Positions 32,080 to 46,107 are shown, counted from the first letter of the stretch. The stretch: DNA of 64,000 nucleotides from Octopus vulgaris (GCA_951406725.2 OX597819.1:35340001-35404000); one strand, 5' to 3'. Notes: generated by a model from the sequence alone, not told the origin. Numbers and translations: made by a program.

Positions 32080-32521
32080 AAATGTTAGGTTAACAATTTT
32101 GCAATGGCTCTTCTCAAGTTACATTACTGATAATTCTCAGATAATGTTTCACAATCTCTTGATGGTGACTTGGTTGTTTCCCCAGTTTTTGTTTTTTCAC
32201 AACCCAATAAAAAGCAATATTATGTTTTATTAGGAATATAAAAAACATATTAAAAGAAATTTTAAATATAATAAACCTGTGCACCAAGTTGCATTTTAGC
32301 TAATATAAATCACCAATTTGAAATGATTCAGTTGCATTTCTATCTTCGAAAGGAGTAATTATGAATATAAAAGAATTTGTACCATAATGGAAAAGTTCAC
32401 TAAAATTTCCTGTGTTGCAAGAATGAAGTGTTTGCTGAATTCTTATTGGACTACGCTCAAGACTTGACAATTGTAAAACTGATTCAGACCTGGGTAGGAG
32501 CAGGAGATCTGTAAATATCAA
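32080..32521 (-). mobile_element. Possible decayed hAT (Charlie/SPIN-like) transposase remnant
   Basis: FSELF..FIFIITPFE..FQIGDLY*LKCN and HYLRIISN resemble the hAT C-terminal region. A hAT-like end CAAGTGTTTCATAACCT lies near 30074. Confidence 0.35.
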
Positions 32522-32541
32522 TGATTAAACAACACTTTGAT

Positions 32542-32777
32542 TTAACCTTTTAGCATTAAGATTATTACTCTGTCAAATGTAAGGCTTTTAGTTATTCATA
32601 TTGTTTTGAATTAATCATGCATTATTTCATAGCTTCAAGATTTTGATAATGTGATTGTTTATCTTCAGAATGATATTGTAGAGTAGATGTGATGAGAGGC
32701 CAAGTCTGGCTGGTTTGAACATAAGACAGGTTGAATATTTTGGCTGGATATAGCCTGTTTAAATGCTAAAGGGTCAA
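32542..32777. mobile_element. piggyBac-like MITE family C
   Basis: TTAACCTTTTAGCATT...AATGCTAAAGGGTCAA. Confidence 0.83.
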
Positions 32778-34264
32778 GGGCCAAAGCAGCTGATAATATT
32801 TGATACAGTTAAAATAGTTGATAGCAGTTCAATTCCAAGTTGTTTTTGCTTGCTACCATAAAGTTTTTGTACTGATAAGTTAGTTTACTTTTTGCTGATT
32901 CAACATTAAAGAGAAAGTAGAATGTTGGCGGTAGCTATTCTGTAAATAAATCTACCAAATGGTTATGGTTGGAATGGTTTTTATCATAGCCCCTGTTCAA
33001 TCAGGGATAGCCTGGCTTCAAACAATGATGAATCAAAAAATGGTAAAAACAAAAGATCACGCAAACAATCTGAGCAATGAAGTAAAGTTGTAGTTATGGT
33101 TACAGCCTCTCTCTCTCTCTCTTTCAACATGGAAAAGTGGATGTCCAATGAAGTTGCATGCACACATTTTTTCATGTCTAAGTTTCTTTCATGCTCTATC
33201 AGTTATCTCTATCCACCCCACAACCAATTCCTTTCATCTTTATTCATGAGTTAAAGGATTGGCATGTTTAGAGGTTATTCCAAAGTTATTTAATTAGTGG
33301 AATTTCGGCAACGATCCTACTGGAACTTATTTCCTATCTCCATAGTTTGATGTATTGTAGATTAAACTATGTCACTATTTCAGTCATGTTCCACTCCCAC
33401 CCTTATTTTACAAAGAAAAGCAAAGTTTGTCATCACTTCATAATGTAATCATTTAAATATTTCATTTTATGAAAATAATCCTAGCTGATTACATTTTTCT
33501 TTCTCTCCCTACCTCTCTCTCTCTCTCATATTTCTCCCTCTATTAAAATATCATTCTCCCACAATTTTGCTTGGGTTTTCCTTCTTTTCCCCTGTCTCTC
33601 TCTCTATTTTCTTCATTTTCTTTGTTTAATTATTGTTTGTAATTTTTTGGAAAACAAGAGAAACCAATTAACCACTTTAATTATATTTGATTTTTTTCTA
33701 AAAAGTAATTTCAGTGCATGAAACATTATGCAATCATGTTTCAAATAAACAAACAACTGAATTATATATGTGTGTGTGTGTTTTTCTTTCTTTTTTTTTT
33801 TCTTTCTTGTATTCTCCAGTTGTATTCTGCAAATGTGAAATTATACAGTAGCAGTATTGATTCATTTGAAGGTAGTTTTCGTAAAATTTCAGAACTCATT
33901 TTAGAATTGATATTTACCTCTTTTTTCTCAAGTTATTTATGTATACATCTGAATAGATGTTTATTTCTTGAACTGGTTTTATTACTCAATGTTTAATATT
34001 ATTGTCCCTTATCTTAGTTGCTGCTATCTGTCCTCATTTATTAAACTGACCATTTAGTGATGGTACTTAAAAAAACCATTTTCTTTCACAATTTTCTGTT
34101 CATTTTCCTCTGTATGTCACTTCCAAATTAGTTTCCCCTTAGACATGTTTAGTTGAAATATATATTGCAGTTGGATATCTCTATAAACCTAGACACAGAA
34201 ATATTGCAATTATTAGAGTAAAACACAGATCTTGAATTCCTTATTGGGTTTGTAGGCACATGAC

Positions 34265-34519
34265 AGAAATTTTGTTTAATGTTTTTGTTGCCATGGTATA
34301 GCTATGTGGTTAAGAAGTTCACTTCACAACATGTAGTTTCAGGTTCCATCCCAGTTAATGTCTTGGGCAAGTGTCATCTACTGTAGCCCTAGGCTGACTA
34401 ATGTCTTGTGAGTGAAATTTAGTTGATGAAATTGTAAGAAGTTTTGTCACATGAACACACACACACACATGTACTTATTTATGTGTGTAAGAGTGTTTGT
34501 CTTCTCATATCTTTACATT
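34265..34519 (+). repeat. Old SINE-A 5' fragment plus flank; donor of the inverted copy at 39403-39647
   Basis: Reverse-complement match that includes non-SINE flank and private substitutions. Confidence 0.9.
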
Positions 34520-34701
34520 TAACCTGCTTGAGCATTTTGTCTTTTATCTCAGAGTATTCATTGGTTTCAACCTCCATTCACTACTTCAAAAAACAAATAA
34601 AGGTTGACAACAAGATGAGTACCCAGCTATGGAATGCTGCTTCAATAAGCCTCATAGAACCCAGTATGGAAAAAGTAACCAAGAATGATGATAGTGGTGG
34701 T

Positions 34702-35260
34702 GATCATCATCATCATCATCATCGTTTAATGTCCGTTTTCCATGCTAGCATGGGTTGGACGGTTCGACCGGGGTCTGGTAAGCCATGGAGGCTGCACCAG
34801 GCTCTAGTCTAATTTGGCAGTGTTTCTACAGCTGGATGCCCTTCCTAATGCCAACCACTCCGTGAGTGTAGTGGGTGTTTTTTACGTGCCACTGGCACAG
34901 GAGCCAGAGCAGGCTGGCAAACGGCCATGATCGGTTGGTGCTTTTACGTGTCAACGACACGGATGCCAGTCAGGCGACGCTAGTATCTGCCACGTTCGTA
35001 CGGTGCTTTTTATGTATCACCGGCACGGGCATCTTAACTACAATTTCCATTTGAATTTTTATTTTGATGTTGACAAACTTGACTCAACAGGTCTCCTCAA
35101 GAACATCGGGTCACTCTACGATCCAAGGTTAGCACAGCAGGCCGTCCTGCGAGCATGAACTCACTTCATTTGTCGGGTCTTCGAATCCTCAAGAACAGCG
35201 AATCATTCTACGATCCAAGGTTAACACAGCAGGCTGTCCCGCAAGCCATGATGATGATGA
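34702..35260 (-). mobile_element. Family H RTE-tail copy (longer variant)
   Basis: (CAT)n-CGTTTAATGTCCGTTTTCCATGCTAGCATGGG; internal duplication CTACGATCCAAGGTTA. Confidence 0.85.
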
Positions 35261-35896
35261 TATTTATTCAGAGTCAACTTGAAAGTGAACAATCCACTTT
35301 AACATTATCAATTCTATTCAATTTAGGTTTTGTGATTGGTCGTATTAAAATCCTTGGATTATGTCTGATTATTCCTTCCAGATCTTTCTTTAATTGCTGT
35401 TAGTCTCCAACACAGATGCAAACAATCTACTGTTTAGATGATGTGTCAAATGTTGGTGAAAGTACATTTCACTGTCCATGTAAAGAAGTACACTGTTTGT
35501 AAAATCAACCTTGACACATAAACTGCTGAATAGCTTACCAATTATTAAGTCTAGATCAGCACTTTACCATTGTGCCACAGCCTTGCCTGTAAATTTAGTA
35601 ATTTGTATCAGGAACTTGATTTTGATCAGAGACCATCTTTGTTGGACATACCCTTAAGATTATTACTTGAAAATCACTTAACATGTTTGAGAAATTTTGA
35701 GTTAAGGATTTAGCTGTTGTACATGCAAGGGTCTAGTTTGGTTTTGATAATTGATGCAAGTACACGTAAAGTGATTAGTGGCATATCTTATGAATATCTA
35801 CTTTAAATGATATTGTTGCTAATTAGAACATAATAATGGACAAGGTTGACCTTCAAGAACTAGGTTTAAAGTTAAAATTAGAAGAAATTATATCTA

Positions 35897-35931
<35 letters not shown>

Positions 35932-35944
35932 CTCTCTCTATCTA

Positions 35945-36012
<68 letters not shown>

Positions 36013-36014
<2 letters not shown>

Positions 36015-36322
36015 GAGGCGCAATGGCCTAGTGGTTAGGGCAGCGAACTCGTGGTTGTAGGATCGTGGTTTCGATTCCCAGACTGGGCGTTGTGAGTGTT
36101 TATTGAGTGAAAACACCTAAAGCTCCACGAGGCTCCGTCAGTGGGTGGTGGCGATCTCTTCTGTACTCTTTCGCCACAACTTTCTCTCACTCTTTCTTCT
36201 GTTGGCCTGCTTACTTAGCCAGCGGGGCGGCGTCATTTCAAGGCTAAAACAATGCGAAGCACATTGTGACCAGCGATGTGTAGCAACATCTGATAGCTTG
36301 GTCGGTCACGGTGGTCACGGTG
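36013..36322 (+). mobile_element. SINE family B head with an alternative 3' half
   Basis: GGAGGCGCAATGGCCTAGTGGTTAGGG..GTTTCGATTCCC; shares the body up to CAACTTTCTCTCACTCTTTC, then diverges. Confidence 0.8.
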
Positions 36323-37769
36323 ATATATATATATATATATATGTCTATAGTGAGAGAGAGAAAGAAGACTTGTTTGAAGCAATGCTCTTATGAAATTTAA
36401 AACTATCATAATAGAACCATATGGATAACTTATAAATTCACTAAATCACTTCCTATATTATATTTCCTGCATATTTAGAAATTTGTTTTTGATCCTTCAT
36501 TATCAAACTAATTGAAGTTTCTTTTAATGTTTTTGTTTATTTTCTGAGAAAATGTTGACTGGGATACTTGTTCAGGAAATAAGCTTTATATAATAAGTCT
36601 GAAATAATTTTTTAATTTAAAAATAACAAATTTTCTTCTTTCTATATTTGACTTTATACTAGACGTTTTCTATGGTTTAAAATTTTACTATGAAATTCAT
36701 TAACTTTTGAGTTGGCAGAAAGAAAGAGTCTTGAGCAGCTGCTTTGAATTATCTCCTATCTTTTGTCATCTGTATCTGTGTGGCATTACCAATACATCAT
36801 ATTCACTGAAGGCTTAATAATTTAGATCATTTGCTACTCAATAGACTAAACTACTGTTGTAACATATCAGTTTTCACCTTTATGTCACAGAAACCAACTC
36901 CTTTAGCTTAAACTAACAAAAAAGTTGTTAAGGGGTTTCCCAACCTATTTGAAATACCAGCCAAATTTCCCTCAAATTACACAGATTTATTTTAAAGTAC
37001 ACATTAGATAATATACTCTGAAATACAATTTGCCTAAACAAAAAAGACTGGTTAGAGTACTTTTGATCATATATTTACTCAATCAGTGCTGGCTTAGAGC
37101 TAAACAAACTTTGCTTCTTCATATTTGTCAACGTGTGGCATATTAGCAGTTATATTGCTGTTTTTGTAAGTCTTAACTAAAAAGAGATAAGTTAAAGTTT
37201 GTCTCAGGCCTACATGCCCACTAGGTTGGAGTTTATCTCTGTTTTCACAGCATTTAAGTGTCTGAGAATACAAACTCCCTACTAGACAAGATGTCAGTCC
37301 ATTGCAGTATTGACTCCCCAGCTGTTGCTGGTACTCACTTTTAGCTGAGTGGACTGAAGCAATTTGAAAAGTACTCTGTCTCAAAAACTATTGCCCAAAG
37401 ATTGTGAGCCCAACACCCAAACCACTATAATACCCACCTTCAATGAATGAGAAGCTGAAGTGATATATCTGAGTCGTTAAAAATTTTTTTTACTGCTTTA
37501 ATTTAGTTGTATATGATATTTCAAATTATCAAGATGGCTCCTTGACTAAGAGAGCATAATGCTAAGCTGGTATTTAGAAAGAAGTGAAAAATGCAAAAAA
37601 ACTTTTGCATGTCAAATATCAAAGGAAATATTAAAATAGCATTTTATATTTTATAAAATAATTAATGAAATTCATCTGTGCATACGTTTGTGACATCTGT
37701 TAACGTGATTCCTTTAATGCTCATGTTTGCCCTCACCTCACTGGTGCTTTGTTGTTCATGCCTATCTAT

Positions 37770-38652
37770 ATTGCATGGAAAAATGTGAGCAAGAGAAATA
37801 ACATTTGAAGATTATAAACCTGGAGAATTACAGGACAAGTTATTACACCTGGAAAAGTTCAGGACAACTTATTACATCTGGTAAAGTAGAGAACAAGAAA
37901 TTTTTTACCTAAAATATTGCAGCTAAGGATAAAATTTCACATAAAATATTTAGAAAATATTAGTTTTCATTAAAACTAAAAAATTTATTATAAGTTATTA
38001 CTTCTATTTGTTATGACTTGTTATTTTTATTAAAAATAAAAAAATAACTCAATTAAAATATTTTTGGCACTTCAAAAAAATTTCATTTTTTAAAATTATT
38101 AATTAATAATTATAAATTTGAAAATAAGTTTTAAAAAATAATAGTAGTACATAATTAGTTAATACAAAAATAGAATAAAAAAATTAGTTATATATTACAG
38201 TAAAATCTACCTATAACAACAAATACACAGTAAAATTTGCTTGAATTATTGTCTAAGTTATTGCCAAGTCATCACATTTTTAGTCTAGACCCAATGCCTA
38301 TTTTTCACATAATGAATTTGCCTACCATATACACTATTCTTTGCATAAAACTTGATCTATATCGGTACTTCTGGCTCTTGTTTTTTTAGTATTCTAGTGT
38401 GTCAATATTTTATCAAAATGATCGTACCTTTTTTTAATTATAATGTTACTTTGTAAATTAAAATCAAATAATTTTTAATATTCAAATTTTATCCATAGCT
38501 GCAATACTTTAAGTAAAAATTTTCTTGTTCTGTTCTTTACCAGATGTAATAAATTGTCCTGAACTTTTCCAAGTGTAATAATTTGTCCTGTAATTTTCCA
38601 GGTTTATAATTTTAAGAATATTATTTCTCTTGCTCGCATTTTCCCATGTAAT
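37770..38652. mobile_element. Long-TIR (foldback/MULE-like) non-autonomous element
   Basis: ~165-bp inverted arms (37770-37937 / 38485-38652) containing ~28-bp subrepeats CCTGGAAAATTACAGGACAAATTATTACA; very AT-rich middle; no clear TSD. Confidence 0.75.
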
Positions 38653-39402
38653 CCATGTTTTTTCCAGGCTATGTTACTATGCTAATTAATAATGTGTCAA
38701 TTAGCAGTGTCATTGATAATTTTTTCCTTACCTCAATGACACTGGTGACATATATTAAATGTCCCATTATAGAACTATATTCATGATTTTTCATATAGAA
38801 GTATATTATCACCATCAAATTTGAGAAACAAACACTCATAACTTTTTTCTTTTAAAACTTCATTGCATGCGATTGATACAGTGAAATTCCTTAAAATGAG
38901 CTCTATCATTTAAGCCTAATTAAAATATATTTTGTTTTTAAAATAAAAAAGTTATTTAAATCTAAACTTGATTGGTAGTGTTAAAGTGGTTAATTGGTTT
39001 CTCTTGTTTTCCAAAAAATTTCAAACAATCCTCTTTGAAAATGTCAAGTTTTCAATTTGGTTAATAACTGAAACTGAGTTAGCGACAAACTCTGAAAGGT
39101 GCTGAGCATGAGTAAATTGCGGCCTTAAGAATATTATTGAACTATTGCCCTTTGCTTTAAGTGTGAAACCATTTGTTGCTAATATTTCGTATCCAATGAA
39201 GCATACTTCTCATTTTGTTTCAACCATCACCTCATGCTCAATATGTTGTGCTCACATCTTGTTACCATGCAGTATTATATTTCATGTACATGCAGCACAT
39301 AATCTGCCCTTTGCTTGAAGTGTGAAACCATTTGTTACCAATATGACTATTAGCTCCATTAACTTTTTACACTAACATTATGCTTTTGTATCACCCATCT
39401 CT

Positions 39403-39647
39403 AATGTAAAGATATGAGAAGACAAACACTCTTACACACATAAATAAGTACCTGTGTGTGTGCTCATGTGACAAAACTTCTTACAATTCATCAACTAAAT
39501 TTCACTCACATTAGTCAGCCTAAGGCTACAGTAGATGACACTTGCCCAAGACGTTAACTGGGATGGAACCTGAAACTGCATGTTGTGAAGTGAACTTCTT
39601 AACCACATAACCATACCATGGCAGCAAAAACATTAAACAAAATTTCT
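39403..39647 (-). repeat. Inverted copy of 34265-34519 flanked by a 38-bp direct repeat
   Basis: Direct repeats at 39365-39402 and 39647-39684 (36/38 identical). Confidence 0.9.
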
Positions 39648-40089
39648 TTTACACCAACATTACGCTTTTGTATCACCCATCTCTTCTGCGGATTAAGTCA
39701 TGTTGATAACTGAAACTGCCAACAACAAACTTCTGGGCAATTGAAAGAATGCATTTCTTCATTGCTCTTATTGCTAATTATTCTTGAGTAACTGTTACAT
39801 ATGTAATCTTTTGTCATTGATCTTTTGTATATCCATAGTTTATATTCGATACAAATTATAGATTTTCTCCTTACACCTTATTGACAGTGACTTCCTTCTT
39901 TAATTTACATACTGGTCTGTATTAGGCAAGAACGTATTTGCACATGGTATTTTTTGCTGATAATGCAGAAGTGAGTGGATTGTTTCAAGTATTAGAGGCA
40001 ACTGGTTTAAATAATAGTGACATTCATTTTACTGAAATGTGTATATTAATTAAAGCCAACGACTTAATTACCTTATCTCAAAATAGATA

Positions 40090-40151
40090 TCTTTATAGAT
40101 GCATATATATATATGTTTATGTATGTACACTTGTATTTTATATTTGTATAT

Positions 40152-40192
<41 letters not shown>

Positions 40193-40259
40193 TTATGTAC
40201 ATATGTGTATGTATATATTTATAGATGCATGTATGTTTATAAATGTACACATGTATTTT

Positions 40260-40299
<40 letters not shown>

Positions 40300-40341
40300 A
40301 AGTTTATGTAGGTCTATTATATTTGTGTTTATATAGGTGTT

Positions 40342-40391
<50 letters not shown>

Positions 40392-41010
40392 CACACATGT
40401 ACACCTCTCTCTATCACTCACACACACACATGTATACAAACGTGTTTATATATATATATGCATATATGTATATATATATGTGTGTGTGTGTTAACGTTTG
40501 TGTACATATATTTATGCATATATGCATACACGTATATGTATATCTGTGTATGTGTGTGAGTTAGCTGAATTACCGAGACATAAATTAAGTGTAACCTGTT
40601 TGACTCATTTTCTTCAGTCTGGTGTCACTTCTGTCATGTTTCTGTTGTATACAAAAGCTATCGCTCCATAAGTGGGACATAGTATTATCTCCATATCAGA
40701 CTACAGGATCAGAGGTCATTACGTAAGACCTGTGTATATGCCTGTATACATGCATACGTGTAGTTATATATATATATATATATATATATACATGTGTGTG
40801 TGTGTATATATGTGTATGTATATATGTGTATGTACATGTGTGTGTGTGTATATATGTGTATGTATATATGTGTATGTACATGTGTGTGTGTGTATATATG
40901 TGTATGTATATATGTGTATGTATATATGTGTATGTATATATATGTGTATGTATGTTTGTGTATGTGTATGTATGTTTGTGTATGTCTATATATGTGTTTG
41001 TGTGTGTATA
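40090..41010. repeat. Cluster of (TA)/(TG)/(CA) microsatellites
   Basis: Read directly. Confidence 0.9.
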
Positions 41011-43614
41011 AATGTCATCTGCTCAAAAGACAACTGACAATCTTCTTTTCAACTTGAAAAATGGCAAAATAAATTATCATTTCTTGACCAGGAAACCCTA
41101 GGTAGCTGTATTTGATGAGATCTGTGTCTTTACTCTCTTAGCTGACTGAGTGCTTTTCTAATTATCGAAACCTTATCACATAAATTACATGTATATGTGT
41201 GTGTGTGTGTGTGTGTAGACGAAATAGCACAAGTGGAAAGAGAATAAGATACGGACGACAGGTGGACAATGTGAGAGGTAAAGTGATGTACAAAATATAA
41301 GCACCCACAAAAAGGGAGCAGATTGTGCACAGTGAATAGTATGTCAGAAAATGGAAACAGAAAGGAAGACTGGCTTTTTGGGTAAACCCTTTGTCAAAAT
41401 AAAATAAGATAAAAGAAACAAAGAATGAGAGAAGGGGGAGAAGGGGAAACAAAGAGTGAAATGGAAATAGTGGAATCAGTGAAAAAATAGAATGATAAAA
41501 CACGAGCAAGAGAGAGAGGAAAGAAAGGTCTTTATCATTTTGATTTGTGTGTTCAAATCACAAGCACAGATGAAATGTTTAACATGATGAAACAATGTCA
41601 TGGACATCTATAATTTTATGCATTAAAAGACAGTGGTAGATAAATTACGATGAAATAACCTTATTTAGCAAATCATAGTGGATATTACGCTTTTATCTTT
41701 TACATTTTCTAGACTAAATGCTATGGCCATGCTGGGGCATTGACAGTATTCATTTCTTTTGTTGTGTTATTAGGTTTAAATGCTTAATGGTATTATCTGA
41801 GTAGACAGATACATGCATCTGCAAAAAGGAAAGCAGATATGATAGTTAATTAGATAACTAGATAGATAGATAGATAGGTACGTGGGTAAGCCTGTAGTAA
41901 TGCAGATACATTACTAGATATACAAATAGATAGGGAAATGAACTGAAAAGAAATGAAAATAATCTTAGTAAATACCTTGGCCTGAGTCTTGATGGTGGAT
42001 GTTGTTGGACAGCAAAAAAAGGTAGTTTTTTTTTTCTTTTTATACATATGAATAAGTTTTATCTTTTTAATCCAGCTTTTATTTCCTCAAACTATAAAGC
42101 ACATCATACCTGTCTAACATAAAGTGAAGTAATACCTTCTAAGTTCATTTCTTAAAGGTAGGCAAAAGCAATGATGTTCTCTGGGAAAACTCTAGGCATT
42201 GACGAAAATCAATTGAGCAGGCTGTTCTGGAGGACTTTTCTGGGCCTGATCAATCAGTACTACTGGTAGGCATTACCAGTTTGAGATAAACTCTGCAGGT
42301 ATAGAAGTACTATCAGCCGGACTTATTGAGATGCACACAGCAATGAAACTATTCTGCACATACTTGTCCAGTGCCTGTGCATTGCTGTCTTGTGGAGTTA
42401 TGTTGAACATCTGCTGTTATGTATAGGAGAGATCCAGTCACTATTTTCTTTGGCCGGGAAGGGCAGGCAGTCTTTATATATCTGGTGGCTTTGAAAAAGG
42501 ACAAGATTGAAAGAGCTGAAGACAGACACTTACCTCTTTAGTCGAGTCCTCATTAAATTTTTACAAGATTTTCTTGAGAAAGGAAATATTGGTGAATGGG
42601 AAGTGCTGCCTGCTAACAAATTACACAGTGGTGAGCATGGTGTGGATGACTGGGCCTATTCTGAGCATGCCCCTGCAGATTGAAGAAGTGCTACTGGGAT
42701 AGGGTACTTGCCTTAATGGTTAGGCTGGCCATGGTTTTGTTGGGTTTCCACAAGTGGTCCTTGGTGGTCTCCCTATCATTTTGGGAGTTCTTCTGTGATT
42801 GAATTTTTTGGTTTTTCTGTTTTTGTTATTTACCTGTTTTTCATATATTTTATGCAATCTCATTCTGTATCATCCTGTACCATCTTCAGTGTTCTGGTCA
42901 ACCCTTATGGGATTATTATTATTATTTTCTAAATCAGGTTATTAGTGTGTCATTTCTATTACTTTCTATGTTTCACTGTAAAGTCCTTTTCCTCTCTCAC
43001 GGTGAATAATGAATGACATTTCTTTTTACTTGAATATCATTTTCAAGTGTTTTTTAAAATTTCCACTTCAATGTTAACTTACAATTATTTTCATTGGGGT
43101 TTTAAGTTGTTTGCATGGGATATTATCTTCTGCAATAATAAAGTCTAATTTTACTGATACTGTATTGCAGATATTGTCAGTTTGACATCAATTATACTTA
43201 TTGCCTACTATACCATATGAGAACTTATATTAGGTTTGTCTCACAATAAAAAAAGAAGTCTCATGATATTCACATGTTAGTAAAAATTTGTATTGTAACT
43301 TTATGGTGAACATAAACAATTTTTTATAGTTAATTCTTTTTTACTACTAATGATACAAAATTTGGGTATTTGATGTTAGTATGTTTGTAAAAGTGCTTGG
43401 TGTGTGAAACATGAATATGTTGTTTTATGTCAATTTACAGACTACAGATATAATCTGACAACAAAAATTGATACAATTATAAGCTTGGTGGGAATTGAAA
43501 GGTTCATATGCCAATGGAAAATATATATCCACTACATATGTGGCAAATTGGTGTGTGTTTGTTTTTGGCGTTGTTAGCTAACTCCTACATCGTTTTATTG
43601 ATTTTGATGAAACT

Positions 43615-44680
43615 AGACATGTGAGTAGAACTCGTGTCTGGAAACCTTGTGACATACTTAGATTGTTGAAAAAAATTTGATAATATGGCCCCTGGAAGGG
43701 ATCTTTATATCTACCTCATATAACTAATTTTTTTCAAACACCCAAGGGAAATAACCCATAGTACTTGCACAATATTTTTTAAATACTCAAGAGAAATAAT
43801 CCATAGCACCTGCACTTACAGTTGTTAGTTTTTAGCGAAGCGATCAATATTTGATTCTAACGATCAGTGGACCTAATTCTGCATTTCACTACTCACAGTT
43901 TTCAACTGCTAAACCTTTTGCACTTTCAATGTGCATAACTCCAATAATTCTGCATTTTTCCAATTAAAATTTTTCGATGACAATACATAAATTTTTGATT
44001 CCAGGATGTATTTAATAAGCGTCCCAATACAATGAACTCATACTTTCAATGCTTAAAATTCTTAAAAATAAAACCAAACTGCCACACCACATTCAGTTGG
44101 GACACTCTGTATCACTTATACTTATTTTACAAATCATAATATTTATTGCTTATTTATAGTTCATACACCATTTTCATGAAACTAACTGAGCCATCGAATT
44201 TAGAAATATTTTACAGGTTTCATTGTTTATGTTCGATTACTTTGAATATTTATTTTTTTGTGTGTCCAATTTCTAATTTTTGCAGACAATGTCACTTGTA
44301 TACTTTATTTGAGACATGAGTAGAACTCAAGTCTGGAAATCTCTTGACATACTTAGATTGTTGAAAAAAATCGATAATAGGGCTCCTCCAATGAATCCTT
44401 CTATCTACTACATATTACTAATATTTTATTTAAACAACCCCAGGGAAATAATTCATACCACCTGCAGATTTTGGCAAAGCAATCAATATTTGATTCTCAT
44501 GACCAGCCAACCTAATTCTGCATTTCACGACTCAGTTTTGAACTGCTAAACATTATTATTGCACTTCCTTGATTTGAATCTTAAACCTTAAAGACTTCAT
44601 TCATGCATTTCTATACATACATACTTTTTTGAATGCTCATTACTCTGATAATTCTGCATTTTTACAGTTACACTTTTTCC
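43615..44680 (+). repeat. Diverged direct duplication (~300-350 bp units starting near 43615 and 44312)
   Basis: Shared TGAGTAGAACTC..GACATACTTAGATTGTTGAAAAAAAT..ATCAATATTTGATTCT..ACCTAATTCTGCATTTCAC..AACTGCTAAAC. Confidence 0.8.
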
Positions 44681-45345
44681 ATGCAGGCATAGCATGGAAT
44701 CAATCCTTGATTGCCAAATTTCACTTAACACTTCAACAGTGCTTTTCTCATGGTAAAACAATAGTTTTTCTGTGAATGACAGCAGTTATACATTTCCCAG
44801 ATTCCTTCGCTAAGCAGAATAATGTCTTTGCCACTTGACCCTTCTAACCTCTTCTAGGTCACCAGGGGCTGGAATGGAGATAACAGACCTCCAACGAAAT
44901 CATTTGTTCTCAACAATATGTCTATCCTTCTGGCTGCTTTTCAATAGTTATAAAAACAAGAACTCTGTAAGCTAAGGGCAGTTGCTGAGAGCGACCATCA
45001 GTGAGTGTGAATGTTATTATTGCACTTCTTCATTTCATTAAACACTTCATTCATATATTTATATACATATATACTACATTTATATATTACCTTTAGTAAA
45101 TTAGCCTTCATAAGTTTCATCTTTAAAATGCCACGATGAGTCAGAGTACTTTCTCGCCAACCTCCGACTATCTCCTTCCTTCTCCAGCTGACAGTTTTTT
45201 GTACTTTTTCGTGATGGAAAATACACCTTTTGTGGCAGTTATAGCAAATTGCTTTCTTATATCAGAGTAATAAGGTGTTTCATTAGAACATCTTTATCCC
45301 TCATGATCGTAAGCTCGATGCTCTAACCACTGAGCCATGTGTCTT

Positions 45346-45376
<31 letters not shown>

Positions 45377-45379
45377 TTA

Positions 45380-45418
45380 ATATGTTATTAAGATAGGGAG
45401 TTACTTTTCAATAACCCT

Positions 45419-45470
<52 letters not shown>

Positions 45471-45674
45471 ATATATAGTAACTCCCTATCTCAACATACT
45501 AATAAATTATTTATTAATTGTAATTTTTACACAAAAGTGGATATGAAAGGAAAGCTTTTAGCACGAGGTTTTTGTTTAAAATTCAAATAACAAATCCCCA
45601 AAAGTTTGAGAAAAAAATTACAATTAATAATTTATAAGTATTTTAAAATAGAGAGTTACTTTTCAGTTACCCTG
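45380..45674. mobile_element. Tc1/mariner-like MITE ends around a (TA)n tract
   Basis: GGGAGTTACTTTTCAATAACCCT (45396-45418), AGTAACTCCCTATC (45477-45490) and GAGAGTTACTTTTCAGTTACCCTG (45651-45674). Confidence 0.55.
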
Positions 45675-46107
45675 TGTGTGTGTGTGTGTGGAAACACTGC
45701 TGGATATTATTATTAGAGAAGTATTTTCAATGCCTGCTCAAGGTTAAATATTTCTTCACTACATGTAAACAACATAGCTTCCTTCACCTATACCTATGTC
45801 CATCACATTGTTTACATGCAAGATTATGAGGTTGATTCATACATAGTTTATTTGTATTTCTTCCTTTATGTTTGTGCTTAGAAATTTCAATGTATGTTAC
45901 ATGCACACTTCCATGGAGAGATGCTGGAAACATTAGAATGAGTTGGCTTCACATGTTCCTCCTTTCACTAAGCATGTTGTGTTGGAAGATACTTTTCTTG
46001 ATGAGTCAGTCATTGTTGTCAATTGTTAGAAAGGTGAGGAGATGCACCAGAGAAAGAAATCCCAGAAGATTTGAATTAATGGATCAAGCTATGAAATTTA
46101 TAGAAGA

